A stretch of DNA of 64,000 bases from Cyanophora paradoxa CCMP329 (Eukaryota; Plantae; Glaucophyta), in the NCBI GenBank assembly GCA_004431415.1, contig QPMI01000434.1:62001-126000 (forward strand). Reading direction: 5' to 3'. Of this stretch, positions 36,001-48,986 are shown piece after piece. Made by a program: the position numbers and the translations under genes. The notes under the pieces were generated by a model. It saw only the letters and a list, made by a program, of their open reading frames with translations. It was not told the origin of the DNA and searched no databases. The stretch's first letter is position 1, and the number at the start of each line of letters is the position of its first letter.

Positions 36001-36686
36001 CTCCGCGAGAGCGCCGGCGGGTCGCGCAGCGTCGCCCCGGAGACGAGAGCCCCGCGCGCGAGCGCGACGTGCGCGAAGACCGACGAGAGGACGAAGACCA
36101 CCGCGGGGGCCGCCCAGATGCCGCGCTCGCCGGGCTGCACGTTCCCCGCCGTGATCGACCAAACGCCGCGCAGGCCGCCCCCGCCGGCGCGGTACACCGG
36201 CAGCAGGATCAGAAGGCCCAGGAGGGCGTGCTGCGCGGAGCAGTCGGGATCCTTCGAGCAAGCGAAGAAGGCGCGAGGGACGCGGCGGGGGCCGCACGGC
36301 GCACCACGACGAGAATGGCGGTGAGCGTGCGCATGAAACGCAGGTACAGCACGCTCTCGAGGCCTGCGCGCCGGTGAGGGGCAGGAGAACCGAACTGTGC
36401 CGAGAACGAGCACACCGGATCGGGCGGCAAGTTCCGCGTCGGTGAGCGTGAGCGCTTCAAAAACGGTCATCGGCGCGAACTGAGAGAGCGGCGATGATGA
36501 CCCTTCCGCGGGCTTGGCGATGCAGTGGCGCTTCCTGCGGCTGTACATCGCAGGGACGGCCCGACGCGCAATGGACCAGAGCAAAAAGAGGGTGGCGCCG
36601 ACGAGGAGCGTCAGGACAAGCGCTTCTGCAACCCCCCCGTCATCCGCGAGTGTCTTCGGATCGGGCGCCGGCGGATCCGAGCTCAT
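33059..36686 (-). CDS. OSCA/CSC1/TMEM63 (ERD4-like) mechanosensitive channel
   Basis: N-terminal TM; GLESVLYLRFMR; ILLPVY; SITAGNV; ARTVLVTGLP; GTGFVTFRS; APDP.DIVWV; FPFELSYA; several C-terminal TMs. Confidence 0.88.
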
Positions 36687-36819
36687 TTTGAACCGCACTG
36701 ATGGCAATTAGTTTATGTACCCACGACCTGCACACCTGTGACACCTCAAAAAGCAGGCTCTAGGGCGCCAGTTCATAGCGCTTTTTGCCTACATCGCTCT
36801 CGAGGTATCACCGGCCCCA

Positions 36820-39006
36820 ATGAAGCCCAGGAGGACAGACCCGCGGCACAGCTCCGCGCCACCGTGGCGCGCACTCAGCGCGAGCCGTACAGCGAGAGCG
36901 CAGCAAAGCTGGTCGAGCGGCCGGCCGGCTCGAGCGCCGCTGGCGCCGCTGATCGTGTTGCTGTGCGCATTGACCGCGGATGCTGTCTTCAACGTGCACA
37001 CTTTTAAGGTGGGTTATGCGTGCGCGCTGGGGCGCGTGTGTTGACTTCACATGCAGGACGACTCGCGGAAGGTGATCTGGCTTGACTCGTTTGAATTCAC
37101 AAGCGAGGGTGGCCACATCTTCATGCGTATGCCGCCCCGTCCCGCCCCGCCCCGCCGCGGCCGCGCGGCCAATCGGAACGCGCCGGGACGCAGGGGCGGA
37201 CAACGTGAGCGTGTACGGGGGGATCGCGGGCCTCCGCCGCCTCGGCTTCATCTTCGTTCGCTCCTCGACCCTCTCCTCCTCCGGATCCACGCCCTCGCTG
37301 CCCCCCCGCGACCCCATCGCGACGAGTGCGTGTACCCCTGACTCTTCTCGCCCCTGGCCCCCAATGGCGCGTAGTCGAGAAGGTGTGCCCGTTCGATTCC
37401 CCGGAGAGGAAGTTCTCGCTAATGTGGAACGAGGAGGAGCTGAAGGCGACCGTGCGCCGCGTACCCCCCTCCCCCTCCTCCTCCCTCAGGGTCGGCTCGC
37501 AGGGGGCGGTGGCGGAGGGCCAGCGGCTCTTCCCCGCGCAGGAGAAGCGCATCGAGGTCACGCAGGAGGAGGCCGGCGGCGCGCCCCGTACCCCCCGGCC
37601 GCCCCCGCCCCGCGCCCCCTCACCCCCCTCCCCACGCAGGGTACAGCCTCTTCTTCGCGATGTGCAGGGAGGAGGACCGCTCTACCGTCTCTTTCCGCCT
37701 CGAGCTCCAGATGCTCAACGCGCGCCCTTCCACCCCTCCCCCCGGCCCCCGCCCCTCTACCCCCGCCTGATCGGGCCGCGCAGGGATTCGACCACCTGCC
37801 CGCGGGGGACGTGCCGCTGGAGGGTGCGCTGGGCCCCTCGCGGCTGCCCTTGGCCTGAGAACGGGCCGGGCAGGGACGTACATGTTCGTGTTCTGCCTCT
37901 ACACCATCGCCGCCGGCTTCTGGCTCTCCCACTGCGCCCGGTCCGCCCCGTCCCGCCCGCGGCTTGATCCCCGCCTGAAGGTCCTCCTGGGGCGGGGCGC
38001 AGGCAGCTCTCGGCGTGCACGCGGCTGCACGTGCTCATGACCGCCCTCATCGCCGACGCCACCGCCGGCCCGCCCCGCCCCGCCCTCCCACCCCCGAGCG
38101 CATCTACCGGCGCTGACTGTGGGGGCGGCAGGGCGGCTGCTGGCGTCGGTGGCGTACAACGTGGTGAAGACGACGGGGCGGCGCAACGCGGTGCACGTCT
38201 GGCTCTTCGCCTGCCAGCTCGCCGAGTGGACCCTCCTCCAGCTCGCCGTCGTCGTCCTCGGTGCCCGCCTCGTACCCCCGCCCCTCGCCTCGCCCTCGCC
38301 GCCGGCCTGAGGCGTGCCTCCCTCCCGCGGGGGCAGCGATCGGGTACGAGCAGGGGCGGCCGACGCTGGCGGTGGAGTGGCAGCGGCGGGCCGCCCTCTC
38401 CCTCGTCCCCGCCCAGGCCTTCACGCGCTTCTGGGCCCTCCGCCACCCCCACGTCTGGTCCGCCCGCCCCCTCCAGACGCGCACGAGCGTGGGCCCCTGA
38501 CGCGCCCTCCGCTCATGCAGGGTGTGGCGGGCGGCCTCCTTCGGCTGCCTCTGCGCCGCCATGCTCGTCCTCCACCGCGCCGTCCGGTGCGCCCGAGAAC
38601 AGTACCGCCGGGGCGGGGCGGGCGGGGCGGGCTGACGGGCCGGCAGCTTCCTGCGCCAGCTCTACTCCTCGGACGCGGCAGCCGGGACCCACCTCGCCCG
38701 CGTCGAGATCCTCCGCACTGCCTTCGGCGCGCCCCTGCCGCCCTCCTCTCACCCGCCCCTCTCATGCCTCATGTGCAGCGCTGTACCTCTTCCTATCCCC
38801 CGTGCTGGAGCTGGCCTTCAGCGCCTCGTTCCGCGTCCGCTTCCTCTCCGTCCTCACCCTCGAGTGCGCGCCGCACCCCCGCGCACTGCCTCCCCTGCCC
38901 CCCTCACGTGCCCCCTACTTCCAGGTGCTCCGCCCTCGCGCTCTACTGCGCCGCTGGCTATCTGTTCAGGCCCGGCGGCGCCTCCGGTGCCGCCGATCTC
39001 ATTTGA
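36820..39006 (+). CDS. GPR107/GPR108-like (lung seven-transmembrane receptor / GOLD-7TM) protein
   Basis: Signal-like LIVLLCALTADA; DDSRKVIWLDSFEF; YSLFFAMC; FDHLPAGDVPL; RLHVLMTALI; terminal YCAAGYLFRP. Confidence 0.75.
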
Positions 39007-39038
39007 CGCTGTTCTGTTTATTGTGTTAACCGTGAGCA

Positions 39039-39724
39039 CTAAGAAGTGTCCATACCGCCGCCGAAGCCGGGTTCTAGCGCGACCTTGGGGGCGGGCAGGG
39101 AGAAAGTGAAGCCCGGGGCCGGCGCTGTCGCACCCGCCGCCGCTCCCGCCGCCGCTCCCGGGGCGGCGGCCGCGGCCGGCGCCTGCGCGCCCTCCTCGTC
39201 CGCCATGCCGTCCTCGCCGGCCGCCTTCTTGCCGCGATTTCTCCTGCGGCGCGCCATCGGGTACCCGTTCTTCTTCAGCTGCGGCTCCGCTGCTGCTGTG
39301 CCGCCGGCAGCCTTCGCCTGTGCATCCCACGCCTCGAGCTCCTGCTTGTGCCGCGCCAGCAGATCCTCCTCCTTCTGCTTCATCTCCTGGGTCATCTTCT
39401 TCCGGTCCGCCTTGCTGTCGTGCTTCTTCTTCGATAGCTTCGACCTGCGCGCCCGCGGGTGTCGGCGCGGGCCTCGCGGCGCGGGCTCGCGGCGATCGAC
39501 GACATGGCGACTGCGCACCGCTCCTTCTGCAGCTGCTCGAGCTCCTTCTTTAGTTTCTTGAGCTCGATCTTATGGCGTTGAAGGATGGCTCCACGCGTCC
39601 CGCTCGGGGCCGGCTCGTCTGTGCTCATGGCCGCCTGCGCCTGCTCCTCCGGCCGCGCGTACGGGTGCGCAGTGGCGCGCGCTGCATGGAGCTTTTGCTT
39701 GCTTTGCGCCTTCAGCTTGCCCAT
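39039..39724 (-). CDS. Small basic coiled-coil protein resembling the N-terminus of OTUD6/Otu2, with no catalytic domain
   Basis: Two exons: ILQRHKIELKKLKKELEQLQKER|SKLSKKK...RKKMTQEMKQKEEDLLARHKQEL. Confidence 0.65.
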
Positions 39725-39931
39725 TGATATCGCTTCCGACAGCTAGATCGCTATAGCTTCGTTCTCGTGCGCAGTGGGGGGCCAGTTCGCAACGTGCAGT
39801 TGGCGTACGTACCCTTCCACGCTCTCCGAATTCGAAACGCGGCCGAAGCGGCTGCAGGTCGGCCGCTCTTAAGATTGGGGCTTGCATGCGCAAGCACGCA
39901 CAGATAGCTAGCTAGCGCTCGCCGGAGGGGG

Positions 39932-42900
39932 TCATGGCAGGGAGGGCGGGGGCGGGACGGAGGCGGGGGCGGAGAGGGTGCCGGACATGGCGGCCTGGAG
40001 CTGGGCGGTGATGGCGGGGTCGACGCCGGCCATGAGGGCGTGGAACTGGGCGTCGCCCATGGCGCGCTGGAGCTCGGCGAGGCGCTCCATGAGGTAGGCA
40101 CGGAGGTTCATGAGGTAGACGGGGTCGCGCCCGCGCAGCTCGGCCTTCCTCCCGCTCTCCGACGCCTGGGGGGGCACCACCCCGTCCTCGTCCGGCTCCG
40201 CCGGGCCCGCCGACGCCCACTCGCTGCCCGCCCCCCGTCGGCCCCGACAGGTGGGGAGGGCGAGGGGGGGCCGGGGGGTGCTGCGCACTCGCCGTGCGGG
40301 TCGAGGGGGTTGCTCTCGACCTCGAGCATCACGTTGATCGCGACGTCGATGATCTGCGGGGGGGGGAGGGGGGGGGGGGGGGGGGGCGTGAGGGGCACCG
40401 GGGAGCAGGGCGGGCGAGGGGGCAAGGGGGCGGACGAGGCCGACGCGGGAGAGGACGGCGGGGTCGCCCCAGGAAAGGGTGCTCGCCAGGGCGAGGGCCG
40501 TGAGCTTCCGCTTCCCCGCCGCCGCGATGCAGTCGACCTTGTCCAGCCAGAGGTCGAGGAGGGCGGGGAGGAGGGGCGCGCCGGCGGGGCCCGGGGCGCG
40601 GGCGAGGAGGCCCCGGAAGTAGGCGGGGGCGAGAAGGAGGACGCGGGCGAGGAGGGAGAGGTAGGAGGCGGCGGCGACGTCGCTCTCGGAGCCGGCGAGG
40701 AGGAGGGGGAGGAACTTGGCGAAGACGGGCTCGAGGAGGGGCGGGCCCTCCTGCGGGAACACGAGCACGAGGCTCTCCATCACGTTCGCCGCCGCGATGG
40801 TGCCCCGGTCCTTCACCTCGCCCACGACCAGCGCGAAGGCCTCGGCGACGGCCGCCGCGTGCTGCTGCATGAAGGCCGCCCCGCCCAGCAGCACGTACGA
40901 CTCGGTCAGCTGCATGCACTCCCGCAGGTGGTCGAAGTCGCGCCGCAGGAGGGCCGTCACGTGGGGGTAGAGGGCCATCAGCGGGGGGCTCATGGCGGCG
41001 GCGTGGGACATGGCGGCGCCCCAGAGCTCCAGCCCGTCCTCCAGCAGGTAGAGCTCCTCTGCGCCGGCCCTCCGGCCTCAGCGGGGCCCGGGGGTACGGT
41101 GCATGAAACATGACTTCGTTCGCACCGTCGCAGGCGACGTCGGTGGCGTGGCGGATGAGGGGCAGGACGAACTCGAAGAGGGCGGGGGCGGCGCCCACGG
41201 CGGCCACGAGCTTGGTCGCCGCGACGACGACGTTGGTGCGGATGAGGGCGTGGCCCTCGCAGGGGGCGCTCCACAGGGCGTGCAGGCCGGCGAGCAGGCC
41301 CGGCAGGTGCGGCTGCACGCGGGCGCCCACGGTCTCGACGAGGAGGCAGAGCGTCCCCGAGAGGGCGAGCTTCGTCTCCGGCTGCTCGACCCGCGCCAGC
41401 AGCTCCAGCGTGCTCCGCAGCGCCGGCTCCACCAGCGGCCCGAAGGAGGGTACGTGGAAGCGGCAGTCGTTCATGACTGCTCGCGCGGGGTCAGGTCGGA
41501 CGGCGTCGGGCCGGGGCGGATCGGATCTCGCGGGGGCGCACAGTTCTTGAGGGTCTCGGCGGCGGTGAGCTGGACGGCCACGTCGTCGCTGGACGCCAGC
41601 GCCTCCACCACCTGCCCCGGGCCGCCGGCGGGGTCAGGGGAGGGGAGGGCGGAGGGGCCTTCCCGGGCGCCTGCGCTCGCCTGGCGGTAGACGGAGGCGC
41701 GCGTCTCGTCGGTGACCTTGCGGAGCCAGCAGCCGAGGAGCCACACCGCCCGCCGCCGGATCAGCCGCGCCGCCGGCTCCCGGCTCCGGTCCCCCGCCTC
41801 CCGGCCCAGGTGCGACGCGTACCTGAAAGGAAGGAGAAGTGAGGAGGAGGGGGGTGTTGGGGGCGGGGGTCAGCGCGCGCCAGGCGGCGAAGTCGACGTG
41901 GTCGAAGACGGAGTCGGCGGCGAGGCCGAGGGCGGCGTAGCAGGCGTCCTTGAGGAGGGCCCCCGGCAGGCCCCCCGCCGCCCCCGACGTCGACCCCAGC
42001 GCCGCCTGCAGCATCCCCGCCGCCAGCGGGCCCATCACCTCCCGCCGCACCTCCGCCAGCGTCAGGAGCAGCCGCTCGGCGCCGCCGCGGACGGTCTCCT
42101 GGTCGCCCTCGGCGCCGCCCTGCTGGCCGCGGACGAAGGCCTCGGGGTCCGACTCCCACTCGGCGAGCTCGTCGCGGGCGAGCGGGAGGTAGCGGGAGAC
42201 GAGGAGCTCCGCGAGGGCGCGGATGCGGGCCTCAGTGAAGAACTCGTTGACGGGGTCGGGCGCCGCCGCCCCCTCCGCCCGCCTCAGCATCGACTTGGGG
42301 CGGTGCGCGCCGTAGAAGAGGGCGTTCGTGAGGAGGCGCAGAGAGTGGACGAGGAGGCCCTCGGGGACGCGCCCCTGGGCCGCCGCCCCCTCCCCCGCCA
42401 CCAGCGCCTGCGCGTAGGCCAGCAGGGGCGGCAGCAGCGGCAGGAAGTGCCCGGGCTGCTGCTTCTGCGCGTCCGCCGCCGCGCGCAGCAGCAGCGTCGC
42501 CGACTTGTCCAGCGCAAGGACGACCGCCTCGGAGGCCGGGCCCAGCGCCCCGCCCGCCAGCGCGTGCGCTGCGGGGCCGTCTCAGGGGGCGGGGCGGGTG
42601 GGGCGGGGGCGGGGGCGGGGCGGGGGCGAGCCGCAGGAGCAGAGGGCGCGGGCGCGGTCGGGGAGGCGGGCGAGGAAGTCGGCGGCGTGCGGGTGCTCGG
42701 CGAGGCGCGGGATGCCGTCCACGAGGAGGCGCCGCAGGACCTTCAGGTACAGGTGCGCCCCCGCCACCGCCGCGCCCAGCCCCGCCACCGCCCCCGCCGC
42801 CCCCTGCCCCAGCGCCTCCCCGGCCGAGGCCAGCACCGCCTCCGTGCGCGCCGCCCACTGCCCCACGACGTACGTGAAGAGCGGCTGCGCGAGCTCCTGG

Positions 42901-43676
42901 AAGTGCTGCCGGTCGGCCAGCAGCCGCTTCGAGGCGAGCTCCTTCAGCACGTGGTGCAGCGTCAGCAGCGCCCGCTCGCTCTGCAGCCGCGCCCCCGCCG
43001 TCTGCACGACGTTCACCAGGTTCGTGATGAGGTCGCCCCTGTTGCGCGCGAGAGTTAGCGCGGCTTCGAGGTCGCGGCGCCGCCCTCGAACCAGCGCTGC
43101 GGGTAGTCGAAGCGCGCGATCTTCGCGACGACGAGCGCGAGCTGGACCGCGATCTGCGGCGCGCGGCTCAGACCAGCCCCGGCGAGGAGGGCTGGGGCGC
43201 CGACGGGCGGGCGGGGCGCCGGCTCGCCTGCTGGTGCTCCTCATCGAAGAGCTGCAGCATGCGCGCCTTCAAATGCGCCTTTTCCTCGTCCGACATCTCG
43301 CTGCGCGTTCGGTTTGGCGTTAGCCGGGACGGCCAGCCAGAATCCCCGCGCGGCTGGAAAGCGACGCACGCGGATGCTCGGCGCCGCCAAATGCGGCCGA
43401 TCGTGTTCTTGAGGCACACGACAGCGAGCCATCGCACGTCGGTGTTCGCGGTCCGGTTCGCGCATATTTCCTGTGCCCCGTCCGTGCGCGTTAGCTTCGC
43501 CGACGCCGGAACTTCCGCCAGCGAGCGCGCACCAGCAGGCAGGAGCTGAACCCAGGGAGCTGCTCGGACTGTGCGAGCGACGCCTCTGCCGGCTTCCGGA
43601 CGTTTTCCTGCGGGCTAAGGGCCTGCTGCAGGAGCTGGTACAGCGCCGGGATGTTCTCTGGCGTCAACGCCGCCAT
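39932..43676 (-). CDS. IPO11: Importin-11 (karyopherin beta family)
   Basis: VRKPAEASL...PGFSSCLL; VRWLAVVCLKNTIGRIWRR; IAVQLALVVAKIARFDYPQRW; LHHVLKELASKRL; LLKDACYAALGL; RRRAVWLLGCW; YLLEDGLELW; RKLTALAL. Confidence 0.92.
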
Positions 43677-44073
43677 CGCGGGTCCGATGCCCGACGATCT
43701 ACCCCCCTCGCCGTGCCGCGGCACTGCCGCCGCCGCCGCGCCCCCCGCCGCTGTTGCGGCAAGCCACAGCTTACGGCTAGCTATAGAACCTCTGTTATAA
43801 GCAGGGCAAGAGTGGACGGCCGCGCTACCGACCATGCTAGCGGTCGAGCTCGAGCTCGAGTACTAGTGCACAGGCGCGCGCGCGCGTGCTGCAGCGAGCT
43901 GCAGCTGAACTACGGCACGAGCTAGCTCCGGGATCTGTCCCCTAGCATTGAGCCTGAACATTTGCACTCCCGCGGAGAGCTAGGGGAAACGAGTCCTTCG
44001 CTGGCCATATGCATGAGAAGAATTCGATTTAAATTCGCGATACGATGGGGCGAGGCGAGGGTGGATCGAGGGG

Positions 44074-45087
44074 CTACAGGTACGGGAGCCTCCGGAGCTG
44101 GATGTCGACGCCTACGGAGCCGGCGGTGGTGCGCTGCGAGACCCGCCCGACGAGGTCGTTCACGTTGCGTGTGAACGTGTCCCCGTCGCCGTCCGCGTCC
44201 AGCCGCACGGTGATGCCAACCTTCGCGCTTCAGTCAGCGCCGCGCCCAGCGCACGCCCGCATCCGGCGCTGGAGCGCGAGCCGGGGCCGCCGGGCACCTC
44301 GGCGGGGAACTTTCCGCCCTGCTGCATGTCCTCGTTGCCGATCGTGTAGAACAGCGGGAAGATGGGGTTGTCGACGCGCTTCACGGCTGCCGGCGGCCTG
44401 CGCGCGTGGCGGACTCAGCGGGCTAATCCAGCGCTCTCGGCTTGCAGCGCAGCATGCGCAGGAAACCGCAGGCACCCGTTCTCAAGGCCGAAGCGGCGCA
44501 CAACGATAAAAAGAACGCCTTTATCCGGCTGAGGAACGCCCGCTGTCGAGACGCATAGCGCTACGTTAGCGAGGGGGGCCCGAAAGTGGCGAGGAAGCAA
44601 GCGGCAGGGTGTATGATGAGGGCGCGCGCACGGGCAAGGTCTGAGCGAGGGGTCAGTGGGGCGCAATCGAGAGCGAGTCTTACTTCGGGAGCACACCGAT
44701 GATGCCGCTCACAGACTCCCCGGCACCGGTGTCGTCCGCGTCGACGGCGAAGATCCCGCTGCAAGCAACGCCGGCGCTCAGCTCCCGTTGCCCGCGGATC
44801 TCTAGCTAGCACGCGCGCGGCAATGCGGGCCGGCCGACGCACTTGGCGGCTTGGGCCGGTGCGGCGTGCACAGCGGCGGCGGCCGCGAGGGCCGAGGCGG
44901 CCTGGAAGATGCGGGAAGCCGCGGCGCGGCGACCAACCGTCTCGCTAGAAGCCTCGACGAAGAACCGAGCCGGCTGCGAAGGCCCAGCAACCGGACGGAC
45001 TGCGCGACAGAGCTGGCTTGAGGGGGAAACGTGGACTGCGCTCCGAAGCGACGCCGGCGACGGGCTGGGGGGAACGAAGGCTGCCAT
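44074..45087 (-). CDS. Plastid/thylakoid-lumen-targeted protein with a CcmI/CycH C-terminal Ig-like domain
   Basis: Six exons (45087-44843, 44758-44697, 44640-44632, 44542-44476, 44397-44298, 44220-44074), all GT-AG, in one open frame: MAAFVPPS...RFFVEA...VGRRAAA...AAPAQA|ANG...VSGIIDLAPGVPQPDKGVLFIVVRRFGLENGPPAAVKRVDNPIFPLFYTIGNEDM...VGITVRLDADGDGDTFTRNVNDLVG...VGVDIQLRRLPYL*. Confidence 0.8.
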
Positions 45088-45339
45088 TTCGCTGAGGTTG
45101 GATCTCTGCGGGGTACAGCCTATTATCCTGGGTGGGCCCTTCGGCGCTTCTGGGTCCTCGAGTCATTCCGCAGGCCAGCCAAAGCGCCAGACATTCAAAT
45201 TCTCTTGCGTGACGGAGCGGTTCCTCGGCCCTGCAGCGTCTCCCTCTAGGAAGCTTGCTCGTTCACCTGAGTGAGAGGCCGCGGAGGCAGCGGGAGGCCA
45301 GCTTAGGCTCTTTCCGCATCACGAGCAGCGTCCGTGCGG

Positions 45340-48300
45340 ATGCGGCGCTCCCAGGCCCCGTCGCAGATCTACGCCGCCAAACACGGCGAGACGAGCGCGT
45401 CGGGGCGGACGAAGCGGAAATCGTACACGGAGTCCAGCGATGACGAGGACGACGAGAATGGAATCCAGCCTCTCGATGCGCGCGAAGTGGGGCGCTTCCG
45501 CGTCGAGACGGCCCAGGAGGTGCTCGACCGCTGCGAGAAGATCCTGAAGGCGGTGCGCGCGTGAAGTCGCGCTCTTGCTCGTCGTTCTTCTCGCTGAATC
45601 ATTCTTTTTCGCAGCCCTTCAAGCCGCCCTTCAAGCGGGAAGGTGCCGTACGGGCCGCGTGCGCGTGCTTTTGGCCGCTGCTAAACCGCGTCGCGGTGCG
45701 CAGGGCCCGTGATGCCGCACACTAAGACGCTTGGAATCCGCCGAGGAGCCGCGAGGAGCATTTTCCTGGACCCCGACGACGAGGGCGCCGTCGTGCTCTT
45801 CCGCACGTACACCGGCTTCGACAAGGAGTGCGTTCCGCCGCGCCGGCAGCAGCGCTCCGCCGCGCCCGCCGCCGGCGCCGTGCCGACCGCGCCACTTGCC
45901 GCAGTGGCAAGAAGATGTCGAACGTCATCGTGGACCCGTGCATCTCGGGGTTCGCGCGGGGCACGCCGCGGGATCAGATCAATTCGAATGCTGACCGGGC
46001 GGGCAGCTTCCTGCGCCCGCACCAGATCGAGGGCGTGCAGTTCATTTTCGACTGCGTTACGGGAATTCGGAACGGCCAGGAGTACCTCGGTTGCATTCTC
46101 GCCGACGAGATGTGCGCCCCCGCCCGTCCGCCCGCCGGCTTGGCGCCTGGCGAGCCGGGGGGCGGCAGGGGCCTTGGGAAGACCTTCATGACGATCACAG
46201 TCATCTGGACGCTGCTCCGCCAGGGGTGCGAGGCACTGCGAGCGCCCCACCCCGCCCTCTCTCCGGCTGACGCCGGCGCCAGGCTCTACTGCCAGCCGAC
46301 CGTCAAGAAGGTGATCATCATCACCCCGGCCTCCCTCGTCAAGAACTGGGACAAGGAGATCGTCCGTGCGCGGCGCCGCGCAGCGCTCCGAGCCGGCTCG
46401 GCGGCGCCTCAGGGTGCGCAGGGTGGCTGGGGAGCAGCCGCATCCGCCCGATCGCGCTGGCGGAGGCGAACCGGGAGAAGGTGCTCGCCTCTATCAAGGA
46501 CTTCCAGACGAACGCCCTCTCCCCCATCCTCATCGTCTCGTGCGCCCCCGAGCTCCCCACGCCCCCGAGCCCTGCGCCTCCCTCCGCCTGAGGGGCGGGC
46601 AGGTACGAGACGTTCCGGCTGCACGCGGAGGTGCTGCAGGGGAAGGAGTGCCACCTGCTGATCTGCGACGAGGCGCACCGGCTGAAGAACTCGGAGGCGC
46701 TCGTGACGCAGACGATCACGGGGCTCAACGCCAAGCGCACCGTCCTCCTCTCGGGGACCCCCATCCAGAACAACCTCGAGGAGTTCTTCAACATGGCCGA
46801 GCTCTGCGTCAAGGGCATGCTCGGTCCGCCTCGCCCCTCTCCCCCTCTCGCTCGCTCTTCCCCGCCAGCGCTCCCCCTCACTCCTCCCAGGGAGCGTCTC
46901 GGACTTCCGGAAGCGCTTCGTGAACCCGATCGTGACGGGACAGGACAGCGTGGCGAGCAAGGAGGAGCAGGCGCGCGGCGCCGCCGCCTCCAAGGAGCTC
47001 GCCACCATCGTCTCCAAGTTCGTCCTCCGCCGCACCAACACCATCCTCCAGAAGTACCTGCCCCCGAAGGGTGCGGCGCCCCGGGCCCGGGTGGTGCCTC
47101 GGCGGGAGTGACGGGCCGGGCTCGCAGTGGAGCAGGTGGTCTTCTGCCGGCCGAGCCGGCTGCAGCTCGCGCTCTACGAGAAGTTCATCAACTCGAAGCT
47201 GATCAAGAAGGCGGTGGAGGAGGCGGACAGCGGGGAGGGCGGGGGCGGCGCCACGGGCGTCTCCCGCCAGGCCCTCCTCGTCATCACGGAGCTCAAGAAG
47301 CTCTGCGCGCACCCTTCACTCGTCTACGACAAGTGCTTCGGCATCGAGAAGGACAAGGACAAGTACGGCGGCGCCTCCAAGAAGAAGGAGAAGCCCCTCG
47401 ACAACGGCTTCGCGGGGTGCGAGAGCCTCTTCCCCCCGGGCTTCCGCCCCACCGACTACGTCCCGGAGTACTCCGGCAAGCTCAAGGCACTCGCCGGCCC
47501 CCGCCCGCCCCGCCTCGCCCCGCGCTGCGGCCTCTCAGGGGCGTGGCAGGTGCTGGAGGAGATGCTGCTGGCGATCCAGGCCTCCGGGAGCGGCGATGCG
47601 GTCGTCCTCATCTCGAACTACACGCAGACCCTCGACCTCTTCGAGCTCATGGCCCGCGCCCGCAAGGCCCGCCCCCTGCGCCCACGCGCCCCCGCCCCAC
47701 CGCCCGCCCTGCCCGCGCTCACCGGGGGTGCCGGCAGTTCACGTACCTTCGGCTGGACGGGACGGTGACGACGGCGCAGCGGCAGAAGCTCGTCGACCGC
47801 TTCAATGACCGCGAGAACAACATCTGTCCGCGCCCTTCTCTTTCGCTCCCTCCCTCTCCCCCCCCCCCCCCCCCCTCCCCCTCACTCCCCCCGGCAGTCC
47901 TCTTCCTGCTCTCGTCGAAGGCGGGCGGCTGCGGGCTGAACATCGTCGGCGCGAACCGCCTCGTCCTCTTCGACCCCGACTGGAACCCCGCCACGGACGC
48001 CCAGGTGCCCCCCGCCCCCGCCTCCCCGCGGCGGCCAACCAGCCGCGCCCCCCTGCGGCGCCCCTCCGACCGCCGGGGGCCGGCAGGCGATGGGCCGCGT
48101 CTGGCGCGACGGCCAGAAGAAGAAGTGCTGGATCTACCGCTTCCTCGCGTCCGCCCCCGTCCCCCCGCCGCCCCTCCCCCACGCGCCCCCGTCCCTGAAC
48201 CGGCCGCCCGCCTCCGCCACGCAGTACGGGCACGATCGAGGGTGCGAGGGGGCCGCCGCCTGCCCCGCCCCGCCCCCCGCCCCGCCAGCCCACCCGCCGC

Positions 48301-48986
48301 GCGCCGCGTGCAGAGAAAATCTACCAGCGGCAGGTGACCAAGCAGACCATCTCCGGAATGGCGCGTACCCCCTACCCCCTTCCTTCGCCGCCGCCCCCCC
48401 TCCCCCCCGCTCACCGCGTCGCCCGCCGCAGGTCATCGACGAGAAGGAGAACGTCGACGTGCGCGCGCGCCGCAAGGAGCCGCCCGCTGCGGCTGAGTGT
48501 GCGCCCCGCAGCGGAACTTCTCGCTGGACGACATGAAAGCGCTCTTCACGCTCTTCACGGACACGCCCTCGGACACGCACGACCGCCTCCCCTGCAAGTG
48601 CCCGATGACGCAGCGCAAGCGCCGCATCCTCAAGGAGGCGCCCTCCCCCGCACCGCGCGCCGCCCCGCGCCCCTCGCGCCCGAGCCGGGGGGCGGCAGAT
48701 GGAGGAGAACGGGGAGCTGCCGGACCCGCGGGAGCCGCCCAAGCCGCCCCCGCCGCCCTCCGAGGAGGAGCTCGAGAACGAGGGGGAGGGGGACATCGTG
48801 CGCGCCCCCCGGCCCCCTCCCGAGGCGGCGCCTCTGCAGCGCCGGCTGAGGGGCGCGCAGAAGCTGAACTCGATGGAGGAGATCGCGAAGTGGCGGCACT
48901 GGGGGGCCCCCGCGAAGTGCAAGGACGACGTCCTCAAGGGCATCTCCAACGACCTCGTCACCTTCATCTTCCAGAACGGCGCCTAG
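45340..48986 (+). CDS. RAD54: RAD54 SNF2-family DNA translocase
   Basis: N-terminal MRRSQAPSQ; [11 protein letters not shown]; [13 protein letters not shown]; [10 protein letters not shown]; [13 protein letters not shown]; SGKLKVL; [12 protein letters not shown]; [23 protein letters not shown]; THDRLPCKC. Confidence 0.94.
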
